A stretch of 64,000 bases of DNA from Alphaproteobacteria bacterium (GTDB lineage: Bacteria > Pseudomonadota > Alphaproteobacteria > UBA828). The stretch lies in the NCBI GenBank assembly GCA_965220745.1, contig CBDCQT010000011.1:1-64000 (forward strand), written 5' to 3'. The position numbers were made by a program, and so were the translations under genes. Below, piece after piece: positions 48,588 to 58,629 of the stretch. Within the stretch, counting starts at the first letter, position 1; each line of letters starts with the position of its first letter. A model generated the notes under the pieces. That model saw only the letters and a program-made list of their open reading frames with translations. It made no database searches and was not told where the DNA came from.

Positions 48588-51585
48588 CCCGCTTGGCTCC
48601 TTCCGGATCGTAGAACACCGGCTCCGTGATCTTGCACGGCAGGAACCCGCTCTCTGGCGCAGCGTAGATCGTCTCGCCCTTGCGCGCCCGGCCGCCCTTC
48701 ACCAGCGCGAGCGCGATGGAACGGCCAAGCGTCGGGCTCGCGTAGCTGGAGGTGACGTGGCCGATCATCGGGATCGGCGGCCGCCCACGCTTGTCCACCA
48801 GCTGTGTGCCCTCGGGCAGCACCTTCTTGGGGTCGTCGGTGAGGATGCCGACGAGCTGTTTGCGGTCCTCGCGCCGCGAGTCCTCGCGGCTCCAGGCGCG
48901 CTTGCCCAGGAAATCGGCCTTCTTCTTGGAGACGATCCAGTCCATGCCGAGGTCGTGCGGCGTGGTGGTGCCGTCGGTCTCCTGGCCGACGATGATGAAA
49001 CCCCGCTCGGCACGCAGCACGTGCATCGCCTCGGTGCCGTAAGGGGTGATGCCGTGCTCGGCGCCCGCTGCCATCAGGGCATCCCACAGGTGGCGCCCGT
49101 GATGCCAGGGCACGTTGATCTCGAAGCTGAGCTCGCCGGTGAAGCTGATGCGGAAGACCCGCGCGTCCACGCCGGCAACCATGCCCTCCTTCACGCTCAT
49201 GAAGGGGAAGGAGTGGGCATCCAGCGCCATCTCCGGCGCCAGCGCAGCCAGCACGTCGCGGGCGCGTGGGCCGGCCAGCGCCACCGTCGCCCACTGCTCG
49301 GTCACCGAGGTGCAGTAGACCCTGAGCTCCGGCCACTCGGTCTGCAGCCATTCCTCGAGCCATTCCAGCACGTGGGCCGCGTTGCCCGTGGTCGTGGTCA
49401 TCAGATAGTGGTTCTCGCCGAGGCGCGCCGTGGTGCCGTCGTCGAAGACCATGCCGTCGTCACCGCACATCAGCCCGTAGCGCACCCGGCCCAGCTTCAG
49501 CGTCGAGAAGGCGTTGGTGTAGACCATGTCGAGCAGGGTCGTCACGTCCGGCCCCTTGATGTCGATCTTGCCGAGGGTGGAGGCGTCGAGGATGCCCGCG
49601 GCCTCCCGCACGGCCCGGCACTCGCGCGCCACCGCCGCGTGCATGTCCTCGCCCGGCTTGGGATACCACCAGGGCCGGTGCCACTGGCCGACGGGCTCGA
49701 ACACCGCGCCGTGCGCCTCGTGCCACTCGTGTATCGCGGTGCGCCGCACCGGGTCCATCAGCGGGCCGGTATCGCGGCCGGCAAGCGCACCGAAGGTAAC
49801 GGGCGTGTAGGGCGGCCGGTAGGTGGTAAAGCCCACCTCGGGCACGGTCTTGCCCAACGCATCGGCGAGGATGGCGAGCCCGTTGACGTTCGCCGTCTTG
49901 CCCTGGTCGGTGCCCATGCCGACGGTGGTGTAGCGCTTGACGTGCTCGACCGAGCGGAACCCCTCGCGCGCAGCGAGCCGGATGTCCGCCGCGGTCACGT
50001 CGTCCTGATGGTCGACCATGTGCTTGGCCTTGCCGTGACCGAGCGGCTTCAGCCCCGGCGCGAGCCAGTAGGGCGTGATGGCGCCGGGCTCGGACGCTTC
50101 GACCGGCGGTGCCGGCGGCGGCGTGCCGTCGCCGAAGCCTATTGCTTCCGCGGCGCGCGCGCCGGCGGCGGCGCCCTCCGCGAGGCAGGCGGCGAGGCCA
50201 AAGCTGCCGTTGGCGGCGCCCGCGACTTCCAGTGCTTGCGTCGCGGTGCCGGGGAGGAAGATGCCCCGCGCCTCTTCGTAGGTGAGCTTGCCGGCCGACT
50301 GACTGAAGAGATGCACCGCCGGGTTCCAGCCGCCTGACACGAGCACGCTGTCGCAGTAGATGCGGTATCGCTCGCTGCCGAGCCCGCCATCCTGACTGAG
50401 CTTCGCAACGGTGACGGAGCGCACCCGCTTCGTCCCGTAAGTGGCGGCGATGACGGACCCGGTGTGAAGCGCGACCCCGGCCTCCTTAAGCTTGGGCGCC
50501 AGCGGCGCCGCAGGCTCGGACCGACAATCGATCACCGCGCCGACCGTGCCGCCGGCCTCGACGATGTCGTGGGCCGCCTCGTAAGCCGCGTCGTTGTTGG
50601 TGAACAGCACCGCGCGCTCGCCCGGTAGCGCCGCGTAGTGGTTTAGGTAACGCTGCGCCGCCGAAGCCAGCAGGATTCCCGGTCGGTCGTTGTCGGCGAA
50701 CACCAGGGGCCGCTCGTGTGCGCCGGTGGCGAGCACCACGTGGCCTGCCTTGATGTTCCACAGGCGCTGGCGGCTCGTGCCGTCGGGCGCGTGCGGCCCC
50801 AGGTGGTCGGTGCGGCGCTCGAACGCGCTCAGGGAATTGTGGTCGTAGTAGCCGAAGAGTGTGGTGCGGGTGAGGACGCGGACCTCCTCCATCGCGGCAA
50901 GACGCCCGGCCGCCGCTTGGGCCCAGGCCGCGCCGTCGACGCCATCGACTCTGTGGCGGAGGCCCAGCAGGGCGCCGCCGAGGGTCGCCTCGTCGTCCAC
51001 CAGCATCACCCGCGCGCCGGCCTCACCGGCGGCGAGCGCTGCGGCGATGCCCGCCGGGCCGCCGCCCGCCACCAGCACGTCGCAGTGGACGTTCATCTTG
51101 TCGTAAGCGTCGGGGTCTGGCGCCGCGGGTGCACGGCCGAGCCCCGCCATGCGCCGGATTGCAGGCTCGTAAAGCGACTTCCAGAACGACGCGGGCCAGA
51201 GGAAGGTCTTGTAGTAGAAGCCGGCGGGGAAGAGCGGCGCGAGCCGCCCGGTCCAAGCGGCGAGGTCGCAGTTGGCACTCGGCCAGGCGTTGATGCCGGC
51301 GGCGCTAAGCCCGTCGTAGAGCTCGATCTGGGTCGCACGCAGGTTGGGCTCGGTGCGCGCGCCGGTGCCGAGCTGGACCAGCGCGGATGGTTCCTCCGCA
51401 CCTGCGGTGAGGATGCCGCGCGGTCGGTGATACTTGAAGCTCCGGCTGGTCAGATGGGTGCCGCTCGCGATCAGCGCGGACGCGAGCGTATCGCCGGCAT
51501 AGCCCTCGTAGCTCCGCCCGTTGAAGCTGAAGCGGAGGCGCTGCGCCCTGTCGATCCGCCCGCCCTGCTTGAGACGAAAGCGCAC
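48580..51585 (-). CDS. soxA: Sarcosine oxidase alpha subunit
   Basis: GDTLASAL, RSFKYHRPRG, AGFYYKTF, NDRPG, EHVKRYTTVGMGTDQGK, DASTLGKIDI, RISFTGELSFE. Confidence 0.96.
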   Translation of the reverse strand: MRFRLKQGGRIDRAQRLRFSFNGRSYEGYAGDTLASALIASGTHLTSRSFKYHRPRGILTAGAEEPSALVQLGTGARTEPNLRATQIELYDGLSAAGINAWPSANCDLAAWTGRLAPLFPAGFYYKTFLWPASFWKSLYEPAIRRMAGLGRAPAAPDPDAYDKMNVHCDVLVAGGGPAGIAAALAAGEAGARVMLVDDEATLGGALLGLRHRVDGVDGAAWAQAAAGRLAAMEEVRVLTRTTLFGYYDHNSLSAFERRTDHLGPHAPDGTSRQRLWNIKAGHVVLATGAHERPLVFADNDRPGILLASAAQRYLNHYAALPGERAVLFTNNDAAYEAAHDIVEAGGTVGAVIDCRSEPAAPLAPKLKEAGVALHTGSVIAATYGTKRVRSVTVAKLSQDGGLGSERYRIYCDSVLVSGGWNPAVHLFSQSAGKLTYEEARGIFLPGTATQALEVAGAANGSFGLAACLAEGAAAGARAAEAIGFGDGTPPPAPPVEASEPGAITPYWLAPGLKPLGHGKAKHMVDHQDDVTAADIRLAAREGFRSVEHVKRYTTVGMGTDQGKTANVNGLAILADALGKTVPEVGFTTYRPPYTPVTFGALAGRDTGPLMDPVRRTAIHEWHEAHGAVFEPVGQWHRPWWYPKPGEDMHAAVARECRAVREAAGILDASTLGKIDIKGPDVTTLLDMVYTNAFSTLKLGRVRYGLMCGDDGMVFDDGTTARLGENHYLMTTTTGNAAHVLEWLEEWLQTEWPELRVYCTSVTEQWATVALAGPRARDVLAALAPEMALDAHSFPFMSVKEGMVAGVDARVFRISFTGELSFEINVPWHHGRHLWDALMAAGAEHGITPYGTEAMHVLRAERGFIIVGQETDGTTTPHDLGMDWIVSKKKADFLGKRAWSREDSRREDRKQLVGILTDDPKKVLPEGTQLVDKRGRPPIPMIGHVTSSYASPTLGRSIALALVKGGRARKGETIYAAPESGFLPCKITEPVFYDPEGAKRDG

Positions 51586-51881
51586 TATTCGCCCTCCGCC
51601 CCGTTGCCCGGAGAATCGGGCCGCGGCGTGCCCATGGGATAGATCGCGATCACGTCGTTGCTGACGGTATCGCGCAGCACGTTGAACCAGCGCCGGCAGC
51701 CCTCCCGGTGCATCCAGCGCTCGGCGTGGACGCCCTTCGGGTTGGTCCGCATGAAGAGGTAGTCAGCCCAGCCCGCATCGTCGGTCGCCGCCGGATCGGG
51801 ACGTGCGATGTGGGCCTCGCCGCCGTAGCGAAACTCGGATTCCGGCCGGGCGCCGCACCAGGGGCAATCGATCCAGAGCAT
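51585..51881 (-). CDS. soxD: Sarcosine oxidase delta subunit
   Basis: IDCPWCGAR, EFRYGGEAHIARP, NPKG, H..GCRRWFN..RDT. Confidence 0.95.
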   Translation of the reverse strand: MLWIDCPWCGARPESEFRYGGEAHIARPDPAATDDAGWADYLFMRTNPKGVHAERWMHREGCRRWFNVLRDTVSNDVIAIYPMGTPRPDSPGNGAEGE

Positions 51882-51893
51882 TCCCCGTGTCCC

Positions 51894-53144
51894 CTAATGC
51901 GCCACGGCCGCCGCCGCGTGCTCGTCGATCAGCGCGCCGGAGGTGAAGCGGTCGAGCGCAAAGGGCGCGTTGAGCGGGTGCGGCTCGCCGGTCGCGATGG
52001 TGTGGGCCAGCACCCAGCCCGAGCCCGGCGTCGCCTTGAAGCCGCCGGTGCCCCAGCCGCCGTTGATGAAGAGACCTTCCACCGGGGTCTTGCCGATGAT
52101 GGGCGAGGCATCGGGGCAGACATCCACGATCCCGGCCCAGGAGCGCATCATCCGCACCCGGCTGAAGATCGGGATAAGCTCGACGATCGCCCCCATCTGG
52201 TCCTCGATGGTGTGCAGGCCACCCCGCTGGCTGTAGGAGTTGGGCGGGTCGAGGCCCGCGCCGATCACGAGCTCGCCCTTGTCGGACTGGCTGACGTAGA
52301 CGTGCACGCCGTTCGACATGATGACGCAGTGCAGCACCGGCTTGAGCGGCTCCGAGACCAGCGCCTGCAGCGGGTGGCTCTCGATAGGCAGGCGAAAGCC
52401 CGCCATCGCAGCCAAGACGGAGCTATGGCCCGCGACCACGATGCCGACCTTCTTCGCGGCAATCGTGCCTTGCGTGGTTTGCACGCCGGTCACCCGGCCG
52501 CCCTCGACGTCGATGCCGGTGACCTCGCAGTTCTGGATGATGTCGACGCCGCGCGCGTCCGCCGCCCGCGCAAAGCCCCAGGCGACGGCGTCATGGCGCG
52601 CATTGCCGCCGCGCCGCTGCAGGGTGCCGCCCATGATGGGGTAGCGCGTCTTGGACGAGGTGTTGAGGATCGGGCAGAACGCCTTGACGTCTTCCGTCGT
52701 CAGGAGCTCGGCATCCACCGCATTGAGGCGGTTGGCGTTGACCCGCCGGGTCGCCTCCTGCAGATCGTGGACGTTGTGGATCAGGTTCAGCACGCCCCGC
52801 TGGCTGAACATCAGGTTGTAGTTCAGCTCCTGTGCGAGGCCTTCCCATAGCTTGAGCGAGTGCTCATAAAGAGCCGCGCTCTCGTCCCACAGATAGTTGG
52901 AGCGGATCACCGTGGTGTTGCGGCCGGTGTTGCCGCCGCCGAGCCAGCCTTTCTCCAGCACCGCCACATTGGTGATGCCGTGGAGGGCGGCGAGGTAGTA
53001 GGCGGTCGCCAGCCCGTGCCCGCCGGCGCCGATGATGACCACGTCGTAGGCTGGCTTCGGCGCAGGGCTGCGCCACTGCTCCGGCCAGTGCTCGTGGTGG
53101 CTCAGCGCGTTGCGCGCCAGGCTGAAGATCGAGAACTTTTTCAT
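51894..53144 (-). CDS. soxB: Sarcosine oxidase beta subunit
   Basis: [57 protein letters not shown]-terminus. Confidence 0.97.
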   Translation of the reverse strand: MKKFSIFSLARNALSHHEHWPEQWRSPAPKPAYDVVIIGAGGHGLATAYYLAALHGITNVAVLEKGWLGGGNTGRNTTVIRSNYLWDESAALYEHSLKLWEGLAQELNYNLMFSQRGVLNLIHNVHDLQEATRRVNANRLNAVDAELLTTEDVKAFCPILNTSSKTRYPIMGGTLQRRGGNARHDAVAWGFARAADARGVDIIQNCEVTGIDVEGGRVTGVQTTQGTIAAKKVGIVVAGHSSVLAAMAGFRLPIESHPLQALVSEPLKPVLHCVIMSNGVHVYVSQSDKGELVIGAGLDPPNSYSQRGGLHTIEDQMGAIVELIPIFSRVRMMRSWAGIVDVCPDASPIIGKTPVEGLFINGGWGTGGFKATPGSGWVLAHTIATGEPHPLNAPFALDRFTSGALIDEHAAAAVAH

Positions 53145-53286
53145 TTGCGCGTGCCCGAATACAGGAACCGCGCGGCCGTGTCACTCGCTCCGGTTGGACG
53201 AATCCCCGTGCGCGTCTTGACGGGCTGCGGCCGGGGGGCTACTTGTGCGCCTCACGCACCCCCGACAGCCGCACGGATCTCTCACG

Positions 53287-53838
53287 ATGGTCGATGTCGC
53301 GATCAAGTCGACGGACGGGCACCCGCTCGTCTTCCTGCCCGAGCACGACGGCTACGCCGACGATTACCTGCGCACCATTCTCCGAGGGGTGAAGACCTTC
53401 GCGATGGTGGGCGCCAGCACCCAGTGGCGCCGGCCCAGCTTCTACGCCATGAAGTACCTGACCAAGAAGGGTTATCGGGTGATTCCGATCAACCCGGGCC
53501 GGGCCGGCGAGACGATCCTGGGCGAGACGGTCTACGGCAGCATCGCCGAGTGTCCCGATAAGCTCGACATGGTGGATATCTTCCGCACCTCGGAGGAGGC
53601 GCTGGATATCACCAAGGACGTCATCGCGAACAAGGACGAGAAGGGCATCGGGGTGCTGTGGATGCAGCTCACGGTGCGCAACGACCACGCCGCGCAGCTC
53701 GCCGAAGAGGCCGGGCTCACGGTCGTCATGAACCGCTGCCCCAAGATCGAGTTCGCCCGGCTCTCGGGCGAGCTGAGCTATAGTGGCATCAACTCGCGGA
53801 TCGTATCCGCCAAGCGGGCAAGGCCGCTCAACGCATGA
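53287..53838 (+). CDS. CoA-binding protein (YccU family)
   Basis: AMVGAS...RPS, YRVIPINP, DMVDIFR, LWMQL, VVMNRCPKIE; commonly upstream of metY. Confidence 0.9.
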   Translation: MVDVAIKSTDGHPLVFLPEHDGYADDYLRTILRGVKTFAMVGASTQWRRPSFYAMKYLTKKGYRVIPINPGRAGETILGETVYGSIAECPDKLDMVDIFRTSEEALDITKDVIANKDEKGIGVLWMQLTVRNDHAAQLAEEAGLTVVMNRCPKIEFARLSGELSYSGINSRIVSAKRARPLNA

Positions 53839-55160
53839 ACGAGATGCAACCCCTCAAGGCGGAGGCCGCCAAGGCCGCGCCGCAACGCGAGTACGGGATG
53901 GAGACGCTGGCGGTCCACGCCGGCGCGCGGCCCGACCCGGTCACCGGTGCGCGGACGACGCCGATCTATCAGACCGCGGCCTACGCTTTCGACGATGCCG
54001 ACCATGCGGCCGAGCTCTTCAACCTGCAGACCTTCGGCTACATCTATTCGCGCATCACCAACCCCACCGTCGCCGTGCTCGAGGAACGGGTCGCGGCGTT
54101 GGAGAACGGACGCGGCGCCGTGGCGGCTGCCACCGGCCACGCGGCGCAGTTCCTGTTGGGCGCGACGCTGCTGGAGAGCGGCGACGAGTTCATCTCGTCC
54201 AACAATCTCTACGGCGGCTCGGTCACCCAGTTCGGCGTGAGCTTCAAGAAGCTGGGCTGGACCTGCCATTTCGTTGACATGACCGAGCCCGAGAACGTCG
54301 AGAAGGCGATGACGGACAAGGTCAAGTTCGTCTTCTGCGAGGGGCTGGCCAACCCCGGCGGCATCGTGCTCGACCTCGAAGCGATCGCCGAAGTCACGAA
54401 GCGCCACGGCGTGCCGCTCATTGTCGACAACACAATGGCCTCGCCCTATCTCTGCCGGCCCTTCGAGCACGGCGCCGACCTCGTGGTCCACTCAACCACG
54501 AAGTTCATCGGCGGCCACGGCAATACCATGGGCGGCATAGTGGTCGAATCCGGCCGCTTCGACTGGTGGCAGAACGACAAGTTCCCGAGCATGACCAAGC
54601 CGGACCCGGCCTATCACGGCCTCACCTTCGCCGAGACCTTCGGCGATTTCGGCTTTACCATGAAGATGCGCGCCGTGGCGCTGCGGGACTATGGCCCAAG
54701 CATGGCCGCACAGGCGGCCTGGAACCTGCTGCAGGGGGTAGAGACGTTGCCGCTCCGCATGGAGCGCCATTGCTCCAACGCGCTCGCGGTCGCCAAGTAT
54801 CTGGAAGACCACCCCAAGGTCTCCTGGGTTTCCTACGCCGGGCTGAAATCGAACCGCTATTACGAGCTCGCCCAGAGATACCTGCCGCGCGGTGCCGGTG
54901 CGGTCTTCACCTTCGGCGTCAAGGGCGGCTACGAGGCCGGGCTCAGGGTGGTCGATACCGTCAACATGTTCTCGCACCTTGCCAATATCGGCGACACGCG
55001 GAGCCTGATCATCCACCCGGCGTCCACCACCCACCGCCAGCTCACCGACGAGCAGAAGACCAACGCCGGTGCCGGGCCAGACGTGGTGCGCCTCTCGGTC
55101 GGCATCGAGAGCATCGACGACATCATCGCCGACCTCGACCAGGCCCTCGATCAGGCCTGA
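53835..55160 (+). CDS. metY: O-acetylhomoserine aminocarboxypropyltransferase (OAH sulfhydrylase)
   Basis: PIYQT, YIYSRITNPT, VDNT, VHSTTKFIGGHG (PLP-Lys), HLANIGDTRSLIIHPASTTH. Confidence 0.93.
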   Translation: MNEMQPLKAEAAKAAPQREYGMETLAVHAGARPDPVTGARTTPIYQTAAYAFDDADHAAELFNLQTFGYIYSRITNPTVAVLEERVAALENGRGAVAAATGHAAQFLLGATLLESGDEFISSNNLYGGSVTQFGVSFKKLGWTCHFVDMTEPENVEKAMTDKVKFVFCEGLANPGGIVLDLEAIAEVTKRHGVPLIVDNTMASPYLCRPFEHGADLVVHSTTKFIGGHGNTMGGIVVESGRFDWWQNDKFPSMTKPDPAYHGLTFAETFGDFGFTMKMRAVALRDYGPSMAAQAAWNLLQGVETLPLRMERHCSNALAVAKYLEDHPKVSWVSYAGLKSNRYYELAQRYLPRGAGAVFTFGVKGGYEAGLRVVDTVNMFSHLANIGDTRSLIIHPASTTHRQLTDEQKTNAGAGPDVVRLSVGIESIDDIIADLDQALDQA

Positions 55161-55214
55161 CGGTCGCGCTTCTCTGCCGGGTGGGTTTGAGTGCCGCTCT
55201 CGCGGGCGGGCCGG

Positions 55215-55889
55215 CTATGACCAATACAGGTTGATTCTTGGCCGCTGTATGTCCCGTACCCTGTCTCGAAGCGATTTCACGCGAGGCTCATGACCTGGAA
55301 TTCGCGCCTCATGAGTTTCCACGAAGATGTAGTCAATGCGTTTCATGATCTCAGGCCGGTCAAACAAGGCTTCGAGTAAATCGACTTCTGCGCCCTCAAT
55401 ATCCATTTTTAGTGTTCCAATGTCTTCGTTGAGGCGCTCAAGATAGGCGATAAAGTCGATCTGGCGAACTTCAACAGCTTCGTGTTCGGCCACATTGGTC
55501 TTGCTGGAGATTAGAGAACTCGATCCCGAGTGCAAAGCGGGATCGTCCTGGAACCGGACATGGCGATAGAGAAGCACCCTTCCTTCATGCGTGCCGGCTG
55601 CCACTTTCTCAAGCCTGACGTTTTGGAGATCGGCGACTTTGGCTTGCAGTAAATCGAAGGTCCAAGGATCCGGCTCGAAGGCGATAACCTGCTTGGCAAC
55701 CGACGCCATCATTCTGGTGTAATCACCCACATTTGCGCCCAAGTCGATGCAGGTCATGCCTCGGGAATGGCGTAAAGCCTCCGGAAAGCCCCGTGTCCGA
55801 GCATGCAATCGAGAATACCTTCGTTGGTAGCCGCGTCCGATCTTTCCGGGCAGATGACGCATAAGGTCGTATTTGAAGAGCTTGTCCAT
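55215..55889 (-). CDS. FkbM-family methyltransferase
   Basis: CIDLGANVG, AFEPDP, LKMDIEGAE, FVETH; markedly A/T-richer than its neighbours. Confidence 0.9.
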   Translation of the reverse strand: MDKLFKYDLMRHLPGKIGRGYQRRYSRLHARTRGFPEALRHSRGMTCIDLGANVGDYTRMMASVAKQVIAFEPDPWTFDLLQAKVADLQNVRLEKVAAGTHEGRVLLYRHVRFQDDPALHSGSSSLISSKTNVAEHEAVEVRQIDFIAYLERLNEDIGTLKMDIEGAEVDLLEALFDRPEIMKRIDYIFVETHEARIPGHEPRVKSLRDRVRDIQRPRINLYWS

Positions 55890-55986
55890 CCTTATTGGCT
55901 AACTCTTCGCTACCGATGTGCGTCGATTGGCCACCAAGATGACATTCTTGACCAGTGTACCCACACTGGCGCGCGTGGCTCGTGGC

Positions 55987-56724
55987 CTAGGGCACGCCTG
56001 ACGCGCGGTCGCGGGCGGCGAGCAAACCGCGGCAGAGTGCGCCGTTGAATTCCATGGCGATGCGGACGCTGGCGAGCGTACGCAGATGCTCGTCGAAGCC
56101 CGCTTCGGTGAGCGGCGCCCCCTCAGCCGTGACGAAGGCGCGGTCGTCCGGCCCGGCGGGGCCGCCGACGTGAGCTCTCATCTCCAGGTGGCGGCGTTTC
56201 AGTCCCGCGATTTCGGACCCAGTGAGGGTGGTGCCCTCCAACGCCTGCACCGTCATCGCCACCAATGCGGCCTTGTCGAAACCTTGGGCCAGCAGGGCGC
56301 GCAGCAGCGCCTCCTGCCGCCCCTGAAACGCCTTGCACCGAAAGGTCGTGCGCAAATTCGCCAGAGAATCGTCGTCGCCCGCTTCTCCGAAAGCGTCACC
56401 GAAGGCGAGGCCCTCGGCGACCCCTCGATTGACCTCGTCCGCGCACATGTGCTCGCGCAGGCGCGGGACCACGCGCGTTGCCCACGGCAACGCGGCGACG
56501 GCGTCGCGCATGTCCTCGGCCATCATGTAGGCGAAGTTCGCGGCGCACCAGAAGGTCGGCAGGCGGAAGTCGATGGAAACCGCGCCGTCCGCGCCGACCG
56601 TCACCTCCTCCACGAAGCCCAAATCGGTCACCGGCTCGTCCAGCTCGGGATCAGTGACAGTGCCGAGACAAGCCAAGACCTCGGCCTCGCGCCCGGCCTC
56701 GTTCGCACCCCCGGCCGTGCTCAT
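55987..56724 (-). CDS. DUF59/MIP18 (SufT/PaaD-like) metal-cluster maturation domain protein with a C-terminal extension
   Basis: VTDPELDEPVTDLGFV, FRLPTFWCAANFAYMM, C-terminal VRIAMEFNGALCRGLL..R. Confidence 0.88.
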   Translation of the reverse strand: MSTAGGANEAGREAEVLACLGTVTDPELDEPVTDLGFVEEVTVGADGAVSIDFRLPTFWCAANFAYMMAEDMRDAVAALPWATRVVPRLREHMCADEVNRGVAEGLAFGDAFGEAGDDDSLANLRTTFRCKAFQGRQEALLRALLAQGFDKAALVAMTVQALEGTTLTGSEIAGLKRRHLEMRAHVGGPAGPDDRAFVTAEGAPLTEAGFDEHLRTLASVRIAMEFNGALCRGLLAARDRASGVP

Positions 56725-56746
56725 GGGCCGCGTCCGCCGCGCCGCC

Positions 56747-57745
56747 CTAGCTCCAAAGCTTCGCCTTGGCCGCGTCGATGTCTATGTCGTAGAGCCGCGC
56801 CGCGTTGAGCCCCAGAATCTTCCTCTTCACCTCGGGAGTGAGGTCAACGCCGCGCTCCTGCTTGATGTCCTCGGGCAGCTCGAAGGCCCAGAACTTCTCC
56901 ACCAGCCACTTCGGCGTCCAGATGGCGTAGTCGCTCGCAAAGGTGAGCTTGTCCTCGCCGACCCAGAAGAGGAGCTCGGCGATCACTTCGGCGAAATAGC
57001 GTGGGCGGGCGTGCATGAACGGCATCACCACCGCAAGCCCGCCCCAGACGTTCTCCTCCTGCACGGCGATCCAGCAGAAGTCGTCGAGCCGCGGCAGCCC
57101 GACGTGTTCCACGATGAATTTGAGATTGGGGAAGTCGGTCGCGGCGTAGTCCACGTCGTGGCAGTCGAAGGCGTCCTTGGCCAGCGGCGTGATGGTTGGC
57201 CCCTTGTGGACGTGCATGTTGGTGATGCCGAGCTTCTCGCAGAGCTCGAAGCAGCGATAGGCCTCGGTGTCGTTGAGCCGCCAGCCGCGCGAGGTGCCGC
57301 GCCATTCCGCCGTGTAGAGCTTTACGCCCCGAATGCCGTAGGCTTCCTTCAGCGCGTGCAGGTGCTCCAGCGCGGCCGTGCCCTCGCGGGGGTCGAAGGA
57401 GCCGTTGAGGATGAAGCGGTCCGGGTGCGCCTGCGTGATGACGGCGTTCTGCTCGGTGGTGTTGAAGCCCTCGATATAGAACTCCTTGAGGTAGGTCGGC
57501 TGGATGATCGCCATGTCCACCGGCCCGTCGACGAAGAGGTCGCGGACCATCGTCTCCGCGTCGTACTTCTCGAACTTCTCCTTGGGCCAGACCTCCTGCT
57601 CGGGGCTGAGCGCACTGTGGTAGGCATAAAAGCAGTCGATGAACTGCTTGCCGTGAATGTTGCGCTGGTTGGCCGGCGCGGCATCCCAGAAGTGGGTGTG
57701 CCCGTCGACGACGAACAGTTCCTCCCCGTCGCTGGTCCTGTACAT
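56747..57745 (-). CDS. Amidohydrolase_2 family TIM-barrel metalloprotein (type found in propane monooxygenase operons)
   Basis: VVDGHTHFWDA, FIDCFYAYH, GVKLYTAEW, HVHKGPT, IVEHVGLPR, FASDYAIW, KILGLNAARLY; GAGGGGAG RBS. Confidence 0.88.
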   Translation of the reverse strand: MYRTSDGEELFVVDGHTHFWDAAPANQRNIHGKQFIDCFYAYHSALSPEQEVWPKEKFEKYDAETMVRDLFVDGPVDMAIIQPTYLKEFYIEGFNTTEQNAVITQAHPDRFILNGSFDPREGTAALEHLHALKEAYGIRGVKLYTAEWRGTSRGWRLNDTEAYRCFELCEKLGITNMHVHKGPTITPLAKDAFDCHDVDYAATDFPNLKFIVEHVGLPRLDDFCWIAVQEENVWGGLAVVMPFMHARPRYFAEVIAELLFWVGEDKLTFASDYAIWTPKWLVEKFWAFELPEDIKQERGVDLTPEVKRKILGLNAARLYDIDIDAAKAKLWS

Positions 57746-57888
57746 CACGTGCTCCCCTCGGCTGCGACCGAGGGCGAGGGTAGCCGGGCCCGCGCCAAAC
57801 ACAAGCCGCGATGCGGGAGGCGATATGGCGCGCACACGGCGCCGCTGATAAGCTGGCGGGAGCGCGGAACGAGAGGGGAGATCCGGGG

Positions 57889-58593
57889 ATGGCTGAGCGG
57901 ATGGTCGACCTGACGTTGACGCTGACCGACAACATGCCGGCGCACAAGCTGTTCCAGCGCCCGGTCATCGTGCCCCACTACACCCACGAGCAGACCCGCG
58001 AGCAGTTCTTCCTGGGTGTCGAGGACGACAGGCTCTCCTTCGCCACCACCTACATGGGCATGATCGACCACATCGGCACCCACGTGGACGCCTTCTATCA
58101 CGTCAATCCCGAGGGCGCGCCGGTGGACCAGATGCCGCTCGACATGTTCATGGGCAAGGCGGTCTGCTGGGACCTGACCTACGTCCCCGATCTCGGCGAT
58201 ATCGACGTGGCGGACTTCGAGGAAGCGGAGGAGAAGGGCGGCGTCAAGGTGGACGGCCACATCGTCCTGCTCAACACCGGGCTCCACAATCGCCACTACC
58301 CGGACGTGAAGTCGGTATGGAGCAACCCCGGCATCACCGAAGCTGCGACCCATTGGCTCGCGGATCGCGGCTCGAAGCTCCACGGCGTCGAAGGCCCATC
58401 TACCGATAAGCCTTCCGATAACCTCTTCCCCAACCACCGCGTCTGCCGCGACCGCGGCATCGCCCACTACGAATGGTTGATCAACCTCGAAGAGCTGATC
58501 GGCAAGGGCGAGTTCATGTTCTACGGGCCGCCGATCAAGATTGGTAACGGCAGCGGCGCGCCGGTTCGCGCCTGGGCGATCCTCGACGAATAG
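57889..58593 (+). CDS. Cyclase-family metallo-hydrolase (kynurenine formamidase / isatin hydrolase fold)
   Basis: HIGTHVDAFYH (HxGTHxDxxxH), YEWLINL, GSGAPVRA. Confidence 0.9.
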   Translation: MAERMVDLTLTLTDNMPAHKLFQRPVIVPHYTHEQTREQFFLGVEDDRLSFATTYMGMIDHIGTHVDAFYHVNPEGAPVDQMPLDMFMGKAVCWDLTYVPDLGDIDVADFEEAEEKGGVKVDGHIVLLNTGLHNRHYPDVKSVWSNPGITEAATHWLADRGSKLHGVEGPSTDKPSDNLFPNHRVCRDRGIAHYEWLINLEELIGKGEFMFYGPPIKIGNGSGAPVRAWAILDE

Positions 58594-58629
58594 ATCGCGC
58601 GCCTGCGCCTGGCGCCGGGTGAGGCGCCG

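Noticed and set aside
53145-53286. Possible SAM riboswitch upstream of yccU-metY
   Set aside because: No recognisable SAM-I, SAM-II or SAM-SAH consensus; only a promoter-like TTGACG-N17-TACTTG and GC-rich pairing.
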